Of a DNA stretch of 64,000 nucleotides, positions 1 through 12,612 are shown piece by piece (within the stretch, counting starts at the first letter, position 1; each line of letters opens with the position of its first letter). A program made the position numbers and the translations under genes. The stretch lies in NCBI RefSeq assembly GCF_004010195.1, contig NC_057718.1, positions 11,480,406 through 11,544,405 of the forward strand, read 5' to 3'. The notes beneath the pieces are model-generated. The model was not told the origin of the DNA. It ran no database searches and was given only the letters and a program-made list of their open reading frames with translations. Source of the DNA: Chiloscyllium plagiosum (Eukaryota).

Positions 1-2260
1 AATGGAGCTGACCGTGCACTCTCACACTGACCACCCAGTCAATGGAACTTCCATGCGCTCTCACACTGACCATCCAGTCAATGGTGCTGACCATACACTC
101 TCACACTGACCACCCAATCAACGCAACTGACTGTGCACTCTCACACTGACCATCCAGTCAACGCAACTGACCGTGCACTCTCACACTGACCACCCAGTCA
201 ATGGAACTGACCATGCACTCTCACACTGACCACTCAATGGAACTGACTGTGCACTCTCACACTGACCACCCAGTCAATGGAACTTCCATGCGCTCTCACA
301 CTGACCATCCAGTCAATGGTGCTGACCNNNNNNNNNNNNNNNNNNNNNNNNNNNNNNNNNNNNNNNNNNNNNNNNNNACTCTCACACTGACCACCCAGTC
401 AATGGAACTGACCATGCACTCTCACACTGACCACCCAGTCAATGGAACTGACTGTGCACTCTCACACTGGCCACCCAGTCAATGGTGCTGACTGTACACT
501 CTCACACTGACCGCCCAGTCAACGGAATTGACTGTGGACTCTCACACTGACCATCCAGTCAATGGAACTGACCGTGCACTCTCACACTGACCACCCAGTC
601 ATCGGAACTGATCATGCACTTTCACATTTAGGACCCAGTCAATGGAACTGACCGTGCACCATCTCACTGACCACCCTGTCAATGGAGCTGACCGTGCGCT
701 CTCACACTGACCACCTCGACAACGCAACTGACCGTGCACTCTCACACGGACCACACAGTCAATGGAACTGACTGTGCACTCTCACACTGACCACCCAGTC
801 AATGGTGCTGACCGTGCACTCTCACACTGACCACCCAGTCAATGGCGCTGACCATAAACTCTCACACTGACCACCCAGTCAATGGAACAGATGGTGCACT
901 CTCACACTGACCACCCAGTCAATGGTGCTGACCGTACACTCTCACACTGACCATCCAGTCATCGGAACTGATCATGCACTTTCACACTTAGGACCCAGTC
1001 AATGGAACTGACCGTGCACCATCTCACTGACCACCCTGTCAATGCAACTGACCGTGCACTCTCACACTGACCATCCAGTCAATTGAACTGACCGTGCACT
1101 CTCACACTGACCGCCCAGTCAATGGTGCTGACCATAAACTCTCAGACTGACCACCCAGTCAATGGAACTGACCGTGCACTCTCACACTGACCACTCAGTC
1201 AATGGAGCTGATCGTGCACTCTCACACTGACCACCCAGTCATCGGAACTGACCGTGCACTTTCACACTTAGCACCCAGTCAATGGAACTGACCATGCACC
1301 ATCTCACTGACCACCCAGTCACTGGAGCTGTCCGTGCGTTCTCACACTGACCACCCAGTCAACGCAACTGACCGTGCACTCTCACACTGACCATCCAGTC
1401 AACGCAAGGAATTGTGCACTCTCACACTGACCACCCAGTCAATGGAACTGATGGTGCATTCTCACACTGACACCGTCAATGGTGCTGACCATACACTCTC
1501 ACACTGACCACCCAGTCGATGGAACTGATGGTGCACTCTCACACTGACCACCCAGTCAATGGAGCTGACCGTACACTCTCACACTAACCAACCAGTCAAC
1601 GGAAGTGGCGAAGCACCCTCACACCGACCACCCAGTCAATAGGGCTGACCATACACTCTCACACTGTCCACTCAGTCAATGAAACTGACCGTGCACTCTC
1701 ACACTAACCAACCAGTCAACGGAACTGATGGTGCACTCTCACACTGACCACCCAGTCAATGGGGCTGACCATACACTCTCACACTGACCACCCAGTCAAT
1801 GGGGCTGAAGGTTCACTCTCACACTGACCACCCAGTCAATGGAACTGATGGTGCACTCTCACACTGACCACCCAGTCAATGGCACTGACCGTGTGATCTC
1901 ACACTGACCACCCAGTCAATGGGGCTGACCGTGCACTCTCACACTGACCACCCAGTCAATGGGGCTGACCGTTCACTCTCACACTGACCACCCAATCAAT
2001 GGAACTGACCGTGTGATCTCACACTGACCACCCAGTCAATGGCACTGACCGTGTGATCTCACACTGACCACCCAGTCAATGGAGCTGACCGTGCACTCTC
2101 ACACTTACCACCCAGTCAATGGGGCTGACCGTTCACTCTCACACTGACCACCCAGTCAATGGAACTGACCGTGTGATCTCACACTGACCACCCAGTCAAT
2201 GGAGCTGACCGTGCACTCTCACATTGACCACTCAGTCAATGGAACTGACCGTGCCCTCAC
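1..2260. repeat. Minisatellite, ~40-bp unit (ACTCTCACACTGACCACCCAGTCAATGGAACTGACCGTGC), runs off the window start
   Basis: Direct tandem periodicity, ~55 diverged copies; N gap at 328-377. Confidence 0.97.
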
Positions 2261-4099
2261 TGAGGATCGTTGTTGCTATGGGAACATTCCCCTTCGCGAG
2301 AACTTTGTAGTGTGGAGCTTTAGACAATGAGGCAGAGGCGCCAGCATTATTCTATTTCCCCCACGGACCATCAGCCTTCCCTCTGAATCTGCTCCTCGGC
2401 ATTGGCGTATTTTGGAAGGATTTATAAGTTGATACTCTACCTCTTTGGCCGTGTTGTGATGTTGCCTTCTTTGTCTAATGGTTCCTGGATCCCACCCAAT
2501 AAACAGCTCTTTAGGACTGTGAACCTGTAAAACTCTCTCCCACGGATGGCTGTGGAGGCCACAGTTTTAAAGGAATCATGGATATGTGGGGAAAGGAGTA
2601 ATATGACATTGAGATAGAGGATCAGCGCTGTTGTGAGTAATGGAAGAGTAAGGAAAATGAAGAAAGCTTGAAGAGAGTCCATCAGTCCTGTGCTTACCCA
2701 TCACTGTCAATCACACCTGTGCCGCCATCTTGTCCACCACTGCTTCGTTTCTGTCTACATCATACCCAACCAACGTTGAAGTCGCCACGCTACCAACCCC
2801 TGCTCCCGCTGTGCCGGGCACACCAACACCGGAGTCACATCTCACGCCACTGGCTGGAGGAAGAATTTTGACAGGAATATTGGGAAAGGGTGAGCAAGTG
2901 GGTCTGACTGGATCGCTGTTGCAAAGGGCTGCCACATGTTTGATGGACTGAATGTGTGAGCTGCATCATTCGACCAGCGAGGGTCAAGCTGGAACTCAGG
3001 ACTCCTCCATAAATTTCAGCTTCACTGAAAACCTTCCATCACTTGTTGGCCAACAGGATCATTCGTAGAAGAAACATTTGTTTTTATTTCTTTTGTGTGT
3101 AGTTCTTCCAGACAATGAACACTGGGCACTGTGTGCTGGAGATATATTGCAGCCTCGCTGTTTGTTACACTGACAACTACATAAATAAATCCTTAGGTTT
3201 CCTTCCAACTTTCTCAGCAAATCGCAGCCGTGTCAATTTGTTGAGCAACTTCATGCAGGGAATGTTGAACAAATGGGGCACCCACAATTAATAACCTGTA
3301 ACGGTGTTCCCAATGACAGCGTATGTGGAACATCCATTTCGCAGCATGACTGAGGATTGAAGTTTAAGGTCATTAAAGCTTTTGTCATTCTTTTGCAATG
3401 TGCAATGCCTTATTAACTAAATGCGGAAAATTTGAGAAGTTGAAGTTGCTGCTCCCAAACCACAAAAAATGAACAGCGGCTGGTGCTCCTTTCTCAGTCG
3501 ATTCCAGTTCTGTGTTCTTCCCCAGGTCTGACGAATGAATTAGGTTCTTGTGGTCAATTTGTTGGAAACTTGAGAGAAACAGTGGTCATTCAGTTTCAGG
3601 GAGACAGGCATTCCAACCTGCACCAGAAAGAAGCCAGTAGTCAGTGACCACAATTTATTGTCTGGGCAGAAAGAGCAGTCTGATCACTATCCCGGAAATT
3701 GTTGAGGCTATTTACAGACGGATGCTCAGGAGCTTGTGATACTGTTAGAAGAACAGCGTCTGTGCTATTCTGTACTCCTAGGCCAGTGCCAGAAAACAGA
3801 CTCTTAGGTAACCTTCTGTCTGGCAGACTTTGCTTTCCCCAAATTGGTCGTGTTTACCTGCTAAATAACACTGGGCTGCATAAGTTACTGCTTTGAAACA
3901 GTTTGGGACAACTTATGGATGTGGAAAAACCAACCGAAGATGTGCAGGTTGTTAAATAGACCCACCAAGTCAGGTCGTAAAATACCAAGTTAGATACAAA
4001 TCATTTTCTTGATCGTTCATTTATTTACAGAATGCAGCTTTGCACATGTCAGCCTCTCACGTACTAGCCCAGTGTCAGAGCAATCTCTCCTTATCCCAC

Positions 4100-4640
4100 A
4101 AGAACATAAAGCAGAGGTTATTCAGCCCATCAAATCAGCTCCACCATTCAACCAGTTTGTGACTGATCTGATAACCCCCCAGCTCCAGCTTCCCCCCATT
4201 TCCCCATAACCCGTCATCCCTTCCTGATTAAAAACCTGTCTAATTCAGCCTTGAATATACTCACTGACCCAGCCCCGACAGCCCTCTGTGGTAAAGAATT
4301 CCACAGGTTCACTCCCCTCTGAGAGAATAAATTCCTCCTCATCTCTGCCTTCAATGGGCAACCCCATGTTTGGAGATTGTGCCTTCTAATCCTGGACTCT
4401 CCCACAAAGGGGAAACGGTCTTTCTATGCCTACCCTGTCAAGTTCCTTCAGAATCTTGTACAATGTCACCTCTTCTTCTATATTCCAATGAGTACAGGCC
4501 TAACCTCCTAACGCTCTCCTCGTGGGACAATCCCTCCATACCTGAGTCAGCTTCCCCTGGACTGTGTGTAATGCCAGAATGTCTCTCCTTAGATAAGGGG
4601 CCCAAAGCTGTTCCAGCTGTGCTTTGACTAGTAGTTTGTA
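4100..4640 (-). mobile_element. Older CR1 LINE 3' fragment (similar decayed pieces ~5340-5745, 19360-19985, 27575-28345, 39865-40520, 43820-44500, 46955-47935, 50045-50690, 52690-53330, 57950-58530, 63150-63400, 63745-64000)
   Basis: MRRNLFSQRGVNLWNSLPQRAVGAGS..IFKAELDRFL. Confidence 0.8.
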
Positions 4641-6584
4641 TTGTTTTACCAAAACGCCTCTACCATTTCAATTAAAAGAAATGAATCCAGTAACTTCCCC
4701 TTTGTTGTTTCCCTGTCACAACAAACCAAACCATCAAAGGAAGCTGACAACGTCGAATGAAGAATGTTATTATGGAAAAGCAGGGTGATGATTGCATCCC
4801 AGTCCTGGCGATGTGCCCACAGGCTGAAGGTTGTCGGGGGCCTATCGATGGGGCACTGCCCGTTCCCTTGCCAGGGACACGTGGGCACGGGCAAGACCCC
4901 AATGCAATGGATCAAACGTGTTTCTGAACTCGGCGTTACTGATGAGAGAGATCGCAAATTAACAAACTGTGACGGCTGGGAATCAAATTTGGGGCAACCA
5001 TGTCTCACTTTTGACACCGCTGTCACTGCACGCCAGTCTCACTGCCAACGCACGTAGGAAATCCGTGAAACAGAAAGGAAATCAAAATGGATCCTATTAA
5101 TGATTGACGGCATTTTAACAGAGCTGTCCAGAACAGGATATAAATTCCAAAGGAAACTTAAGAATTTAAACCATTTTCGGGAGTGGTAATGGCCCTGGGA
5201 TACCTCAGTTGGTACCTCATGCTCACTCTTCAAGGCTAGGCTGGCACCAAGGTCTCTCTTTGTCCTACTTTGGGAAACCCATTAAACAAATTAAAATAAA
5301 GAGCCCCTTAGTATGGCACTGCCTATATTTTCTGGAGAATGGAGCAATTCCATTGAAATGCACAACATTTTGAGAGAATGTGAGTTTTTTTATTGATTCA
5401 GGATTGGCAAGTCCGGAATTTCATACAGATCCCTATTTCCCCGGGAGCAGGGTATATGCTGAGAAGTAGTTTCCCCCTGGCTGCAGACCAGAACTGGAGG
5501 TGGGGGGGGTGGGGTAACTTAAAATAAGTAGTTTGGATTGAAATGATGGAACAGAGCTTCAGTCGGAGGCTCGTGAATCTCTGGAATTCTCTACCCTAAA
5601 GGGCTTTGGATGCTCAAGAGTTCTCATGATCGCTGAGGAATCGAGTGAAATGGGGATAGTCAGGAGGGTGGAGTTAATGTAGAAAGTCTGGACTGAGCGA
5701 TGGAGCAGGTTGAGGTGGTCATGTTATTTCTGCTCCAATTTCCTGTGTCCTTGGGCTCCATGCCCAATTGTCCTGGTGAACGGCAATGATAACTGGGGTT
5801 TGCTCAGCCATGACAACATTGCATATAAAGTGCTGAAAGCAACATCTTCACTTACTCCACAAACCAGCTTTCTTTTGTTCTTTCATGTGTTGTGAGCTTC
5901 CCATTTGGCAGCCATCCCTGTTTGCCCTTGAGAAGGTAGTGGTGAGCTTCCTTCCTGTGAAGTTCCAGCATTACGATCCAACGATAGCCAAGGAACAGCG
6001 ATGTATTTCCAAGTCAGGATGATGTGTGACCAGGAGGGGAAATGGCAGGAAATTGCATGGTGCTCCTATCCATCTGCTGCCCCCGATCTCCCCGATCGGG
6101 AAGTCCATTGGTTTTTGAAGTTGCTGTTGAAGGAGTCCTGTTCAGTTGGCACAGTGCACCTTGTAGATGTTAGACAATGCTACCACTGTATTCCAGTGAA
6201 ACATAGAAACTTAGACATAGAAACGAGGTGTAGAAGTAGGGCATTTGGACCTTTGAGCTATTTAATATAATCTTTATTGATCCTCTATCTCAAAGCCATA
6301 CTCCCACTTTCTCCCCTTGATGTCATTTAAATCTAAGAATGTATCTATCTTTTCAACATTCAGTGACTTGGCCTTGACAGCTTTCTGTGGTTGAGACTTT
6401 CATAGGGTCTCTATCCACTGAATGAAAACCCTTTCCTCAACTCTGTCCGAAATGGTCTACCTTGTATCCTGAACTTTGACCCCAAGCCCTAGATTCCCCA
6501 ACCTAAGAAAACATCCAACCTGCATCCTACTAGCCCTCTTAGTATGTTATTCCCTCTCCTCCTTCTGAACTTCAGTGAACTGCA

Positions 6585-6770
6585 GTGTGACATAGTGGTT
6601 CAGTGGTTAGCACTACTGGCCTCACAGCACCACGGACCCAGGTTCCAGTCTCGGACAACTGTCTGTGTGGAGTTTGCACAATCTCCCCGTGTCTGCGTGG
6701 GTTTCCTCCAGGTGCTCCGGTTTCCTCCCACAATCCAAAGATGTGCAGTTCAATGGATTAGCCACACTCG
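6585..6770 (+). mobile_element. HE1-type SINE 5' part (3' part probably at ~8345-8580)
   Basis: Head and central domain; tail ...attgtagggattctatg at 8580. Confidence 0.7.
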
Positions 6771-6780
6771 CCGGTCTATT

Positions 6781-7085
6781 AGGGGACATGATGGCCTAGT
6801 GGTATTACCCCTGGACTGTTAATTCAGAGGCTCAGGTAATGTTCCGGGGACCCAGGTTCAAATCCTGCCATAGCAGATTGTGGAATTTAAATTCAATAAA
6901 CACCAGGAATTAAGAATCTAATGACGAACATGAATCGATTGTTTCATTAATCCCCTTTAGGGAAGGAAACTGCCATTCTTGTCTGGCCTACATGTGACTC
7001 CAGACCCATAGCAATGTGGTTGATTCTCAGTTGCCCTCTGGAAGGGAAGTAAATGCTGCCCCAACCAGTGATGCCCTCATCTGAG
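6781..7085 (+). mobile_element. Second tRNA-derived SINE family (other copies ~14862-15205, 28575-28915, 50695-50975, 59550-59870)
   Basis: Box A TGGCCTAGTGG, box B GGTTCAAATCC; shared TTTAGGGAAGGAAA...CTGGCCTACATGTGACTCCAGACCC block. Confidence 0.75.
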
Positions 7086-8155
7086 TTCACCATACCAGGT
7101 AGTGATACATCCAGACAGAATACTCTTGATGTCACACCTATAAAATTTGGCAAAGGTATTCACCATCTTGCCAAATTTCCTCGGCTGTCTGAGGGCCTTT
7201 GTAACCAGTGCGTCCACATGAAGAGTCCAAGAAAGCTTGTTGTAGATGACCCCTCCCAGGAGCTTGACACTCTCCACTCGTTCCACCTCTGTGCTGTTAA
7301 TGTATAGGGGGGCATGAGTAACATCCCACTGAAAGTCAATAATGAGTTCCTTGGTTTTGCCGGCATTGAGAGCGAGTTCTCAGTGTATCATTGTTCCAGG
7401 TCTTCCACCTCCTGTCTGTAGTCTGTTGTCACCATCTGAGATTTGACTGACTATGGTCATGTCATCAGCGAATTTGTAAATGGCATTAATCTGGTATTTG
7501 GCAACCCAGTCATGGGTATACAGTGAGTACAGTAGGGGGCTGAGTACACACCCCTGGTGGGGCTCCAGTGTTGAGTATTAGTGAGGATGAAATATTGTCC
7601 CCAATCTTCACTGATTGTGGCCTGTGGGTCAGGAAACTGAGGATCCAGTTGCAGAGAGTGGGGCTTAGTCCAAGATCACTAAGTTTAGTAATCAGTCTCG
7701 AGGTGATAATAGTGTTGAAGGCTGAACTGTAGTCAATGAGTAGGATTCTTACATAGCTGTTCTTGGTGTCAAGATGTTCTAGGGAAGAGGGAAGGGCAAG
7801 TGATATGGCATCTGACATGGATCGGTTAGTCCGATGGGCAAATTGGAGTGGGTCAAGAGTAGTGGGAGTTGATTAATGCCATGACCAGGCGAAAGTGAGG
7901 CCTGCAGATGCTGGAGATCAGAGTCAAGATTAGAGTGGTGCTGGAAAAGCACAGCAGGTCAGACAGCATCCGAGGAGCAGGAAAATTGACGTTTCGGGCA
8001 AAAGCCCTTCATCAGGATTCTTAATGAAGGGCTCCTGCCCGAAATGTCGATTTTCCTGCTCCTCGGATGCTGCCTGGCCTGTTGTGCTTTTCCAGCACCA
8101 CTCTAATCTTGACTCTAATGCCATGACCAGCCTTTCAAAGCACTTCATGACCACC
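7085..8155 (-). mobile_element. Rex1/Babar-like LINE reverse transcriptase fragment (frameshifted)
   Basis: MKCFERLV / DAISLAL...[16 protein letters not shown]...[16 protein letters not shown]...TGAP / YKFADD; interrupted by the 7889-8115 element. Confidence 0.8.
7889..8115. mobile_element. Fold-back Penelope-like mini-element (family A) with hammerhead motif
   Basis: ~95-bp inverted arms; minus-strand CTGATGA-AGGGC-TTTT-GCCC-GAAAC-GTC at 8015-7988; TSD taatgccatgaccag at 7874-7888 and 8116-8130. Confidence 0.8.
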
Positions 8156-8421
8156 AAAGTGGTTTCACAAACTCTTAATATTCACCTGTATCTGTTGTCT
8201 TTGTTTTTGCCGCTGTTTACCTATTATTTACTATCTCTGCTACTTAACTCTGTGATCTGCCTGTATTGCTCGCAAGACAAAGATTTTCACTGTGCCTTGG
8301 TACACGTGACAATAAATTCAATTCAATTCAATTAAAAAAGAAAGCAGAGTTATAGGGTAGGGGGCCAGATTTGGACAGGATGCTCATCAGATGGTTGGTG
8401 TGGACTTAATGGGCCAAAGGC

Positions 8422-8539
8422 AAAACTGAGGACTGCAGATGCTGGAGATCAGAGTCAAGATTAAGTGTGCTGGAAAAGTACAGCAGTTCAGGCAGCATCT
8501 AAGGAGCAGGAAAATTGACATTTTGGGCAAAAGCCCTTC
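8422..8539 (-). mobile_element. Penelope-like mini-element (family A), single arm
   Basis: Same arm sequence; TSD aatgggccaaaggc at 8408-8421 and 8540-8553, inserted in an HE1 SINE tail. Confidence 0.75.
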
Positions 8540-9630
8540 AATGGGCCAAAGGCCTACTTCTACATTGTAGGGATTCTATGAATACACGGTCGGTTGAACC
8601 AATCTCTCCTCATAGGACGGTACTGCCATCTCTGGTGTCTGCCCAGTAAACTTCACTGCACTCACTCAATGGCAAGTCTATCCTTTCTTAGGCAGGGAGA
8701 CCAGATCTGCAATTAATACTCCAGCTGTGGTGTCATCAAGGCTCTATAAAACTGCAGTAAGACATCCTTCAGAACTGACAATCCTCCTGCAATGAAGGCT
8801 AATGTGCAAGAAGGTGTGAATGTTGAAGGTGGTGGATGGGGTGTTGATCATGCAGGATGCATTGCCCTGCTGATGTTGAGCTTCTTTCTGTGCTGTTGGA
8901 GCTGAACCCATCGGTACAAGTGCACAGCACCCACTACTTGTGCCTTGTAGGTGATAGACAGGTTCTGGACAGTAATAGGACACCAATCGATCAGCTGTCT
9001 AATGTTGGGGAACAAAACAGAAACACACAAGTGGAATTGGATGATGGAGTTTAAGGGTGTTTGCTTTCTGAAACTGACCAGTTTCCAGGATGTTTAGCAG
9101 AAATATTCATCCACGTTTCTTTTCCAAATCCTGATGCTTTTCCCCAGCTCTTTGTTTCATTTCTCTCCTCCAGTGTTTATCTCTCAACAGCTGAAAACTA
9201 GCAACCTTTATTTCAAACCCAATGTTAAGGTTGACCCGCTGTTAGCAACATGTCATCGCCAGTGCTTTAAAAGGGGTTTGAAGTTCAGAGCAAAGAAGCC
9301 AGCATCATTCCTCAACTCCGGAAGCAGCCACAGGATTGTTAATGTTTATTGGAAGCGAGGGCTTTGAAATTAAAGACAAAATCCAACTGGCTGCACAGTT
9401 CTTCCCATCGCTAATGACGAACAGGACACGTAGCAGAAACTAAGGAATGAAGCACACCGACTAGAGGGAACAAACATTCTCGATTCATTGATAAAAATAA
9501 CAAAACTGCCTCACTTCAGGTATCTGACCCTCAGAGCAATGTTGCTGCGAGACCAGATTCTGGAATAACAGACTAGGTGACTTGTACAGATTGATATTCC
9601 CAATCTAGATAGTTTCTAATCAATCTATTC

Positions 9631-9867
9631 AGAGATGTTATTACACACTGCTGGAGCAGCTAGGTCTTGAACCCTGTCCTCCCAGTCCAGGGGTATGGAT
9701 ACTACCACTGAGCCACAGGAGCGCCCCAAACATTTTTTTAAAAATTTAATCTATTTTTTTTTAAATCAATCTGATCAGAGATGTCATTACACGCTGCTGG
9801 AGCAAGTGTCACCCACAGATCAGTCCTTCCAATCTAGAGGTAGGGATACTACCACTGTGCCACGAGA
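9631..9867 (-). mobile_element. Two tandem decayed tRNA-derived SINE heads
   Basis: Minus-strand TGGCTCAGTGGTAG...GGTTCAAGACC...TGTGTAATAACATCTCT at 9720-9631 and a related copy at 9867-9777. Confidence 0.5.
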
Positions 9868-10709
9868 TGGTTCCAATCTAACCCAAAAATGGAGAAATCT
9901 AGCCTGGCTGTGCTTTCTGAGTGGAGATAAGCACACATCCAAACACGCACATTAACGCTTACACTTAGAGCAGAGGAGATTTTATCAAGATATTCAACAT
10001 TCTGAGGGTTAATGGTGGAGTAAATAAGAAGGGATTGTTTCCATTCATACATTGGAATGGTAACCAGCAGGTGTCAATGGAAGACACTGCTTCCTCAGAG
10101 AAACCTTGCTCTATTCCTCAATTATCCCAAAGGCCCTACACTTGTGTGTGCAAGTACAGGAGATGCAACATCAACTTCTCCTTTCTCACTGTCCGTGACC
10201 TCAAACACTACTTCCAATGATTTACTGGTACCTCCCCTAATTTAGTATCTTGTATCAACTGCACATGATGTGATTTCCTGTACAATGGGAAGGCCAAATA
10301 TATCTGATCACATTATAACTCACTGTAGACCAGGCGTAGAGATCTCAGAGGGTTTTTTGGGGGCCAGAGGAGTTTACAGAGATGGAGTGGGGGTGAACAG
10401 GGTTTCGAAGCTTGGGTTTGATTAGGACTCCTGATTTACATTGGGTGGTAAGCAGAGGTCAGTGATTAGATGGAAGAAACCAATGTTGTGAATCAGAGGG
10501 AAATCCTGTGAAAGGTTAGGAATTAAGTTTCAAGTTAGCATGACGATCAAAGCAAGTTAAAGAAAAGGTAGTGAGGATTTAGTGACTACATCACACCAAG
10601 CTTTGGATAAAAGGCTATGAAAATTGTAGAAGGAAAAGGCAAATTGATCTCAGAAATTGATATCTGCACAAATACCGTGGGAGAGTCAGAGATAGATCAT
10701 AAATGCTTG

Positions 10710-10825
10710 ACTTCTGAGGAAGAGTCACTGGACTCGAAACGTTAACTCTGTTTTCTCTCCACAGACTTGATGAATTTCTTCAGCAGCTTCGGATTTTGTT
10801 TCAGATCTGCGGTTCTTTGTTTTGT
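10710..10825 (+). mobile_element. Penelope-like mini-element, family B (other copies ~13960-14090, 15268-15385, 35900-36125, 40755-40840, 41475-41685, 59025-59125)
   Basis: CTGAGGA-A-GAGTC-ACTG-GACTC-GAAAC-GTT-AAC at 10714-10746; the copies share a downstream arm resembling TCTCTCCACAGATGCTGCCAGACCTGCTGAGTTTCTCCAGCA. Confidence 0.65.
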
Positions 10826-12084
10826 TAAAAAAAGGTTTGGATGACATTACCTTGGGGTAGACTCCCCAGCTGGGGCTGTTGCTGTGCAAGGTGGACATGT
10901 ACTCATTTCATTCCTGCCTTGTCTTAACCCACTTCCAGGTGGTTTGCAACAGCACATTAATGATTGTTATTTTTGTTTTCTTGCCACCCATTCCTAATGA
11001 TTATACTGAGTAGCTTGTAGGGAATGTTCCCATGCATCTACTAAGTGGTAGCGATGGTACAAGAATGGTACTGACTCACTGTGGTCCTATTAGGGCTGCT
11101 CAACCACCAGAGAGAGGGAGGTGGTCACTATGCCTCAAGGTGAGGGGAGAGTTTGAGAGAGCCCCATATGGTAACCTCAGCTGCTGTGGGAATTGAACCC
11201 ACACTTCCTGGCATCACTCAAAGCCATCCCAGCTAACCGACCCTGCTACCATCTTGATTATCATCGTGATTTTACCTTGAGCTCCCTGGCGACAACAGGA
11301 TAGATTTGAGGTTTGGGATCGGTGTTCAATTTATACTTTCATGCTTCGTTGAAGTCAATGGCATGTAAAACCAGGCTGAGTTTAAAATGGGCCTCCAACC
11401 CAAACTTATCACGAGGTGGATTTGCAGGAGGGATGTGGAGGGGAGAGTACTGGGTTTTCCCTCATTGTAGGGTAGAGGAGCTGGTTAACAAATAAGTGTT
11501 TGATTGTTTGCCTGTCCCATTTTTACATGTCAACCATTCTCTCTGAGATGCTTTCTCCTTTAGTTATAGACTGTGTCTCTTTTTCAAGACACACATTTCC
11601 TCATTTATTAAGAACAGAACTGAGCCAATCGAGTCACAGCTATGTTGCTGTTACTGCCATGAACTATGCTTACTAAAGCCATGATTAAGTTATTTTTCTG
11701 AAAATATTATGGAAAAACTGCACATGACCACACACTGTGAACATCTGCAATTCCCTAAAAAATGAAACAACAATATCCTCTCCCAATAAGTACAATGCTG
11801 GCTGAGAGTCTTGTAAGAAGTTTATGAGTAATAATGGAATAATGTTTCCCTTAAATATTCACCTTCTTTGATCTCTCCACACTTATATTTAAAGTTGCAG
11901 TCCTCCAAACAGGTTCCATCGGGTATAGAGTAAAGGAAAGGAAACAAACCCAGGAATGCAACAGGTTTCTCAGGGAGAATCCCTATGAAGAATCCCTTTT
12001 GGCTGGAACGTCAGTGGAAGATAAACATGTCTCCCAGAAGAATGGCTGAAAATGCTGTTCACACCTCTAGATCATGGAGTTTTA

Positions 12085-12612
12085 GGGGTGCCGTGGTGGC
12101 TCAGTGGTTAGCACTGCTGCCTCACAGGGACCTACCAGGCACCCAGGTTCGATTCCACCCTCAGGCGACTGTCTGCGTGGAGTCTTCATATTCTCCCTGC
12201 GTCTACGTGGGTTTCCTCCGGATGCTCCGGTTTCCTCCCACAATCCAAAGATGTGTGGGTTAGGTGAATTGGCCACGCTAAATTGCCCACAGTGTTCACA
12301 GATAGGTGTGTTAGCTGTGCGAAGTTACAGAGATGGGGTGCTGAAAATGTGTTGCTGGAAAAGCGCAGCAGGTCAGGCAGCAGCCAAGGAGCAGGAAGGG
12401 CTCATGCCCGAAACGTCGATTCTCCTGCTCCTTGGCTGCTGCTTGACCTGCTGCGCTTTTCCAGCAACACATTTTTCAACTCTGATCTCCAGCATCTGCA
12501 GTCCTCACTTTCTCCTACAGAGATGGGGTGGGTTTGGTTCATATGCTCTGTAGAGGGTTGGTATGGACTCGATGAGCTGAATGGCCTGCTTCCATACTGT
12601 AGAGATTCTGAG
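12085..12612 (+). mobile_element. HE1-type SINE, interrupted at 12341-12515
   Basis: Same head, central domain and tail. Confidence 0.8.
12341..12515. mobile_element. Fold-back Penelope-like mini-element (family A) inside an HE1 SINE
   Basis: TSD tacagagatggggtg at 12326-12340 and 12516-12530. Confidence 0.8.

Larger units (their letters stand above)
6197..8800 (-). mobile_element. Older CR1 fragment split into ~6197-6580 and ~8581-8800 by a nested insertion cluster
   Basis: CR1-like sequence ...ctgaacttcagtgaa resumes as aatacacgg...tctcctcatagg after 2 kb. Confidence 0.65.

Noticed and set aside
1..2260. CRISPR-like regular repeats (also considered for the other arrays)
   Set aside because: Units are head-to-tail with no unique spacers, there are no cas genes, and the context is vertebrate.
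2730..2889. Thr/Pro-rich frame ending at a donor-like gg|gtgagc
   Set aside because: No convincing acceptor, directly follows a CR1 remnant, and no recognisable homology.
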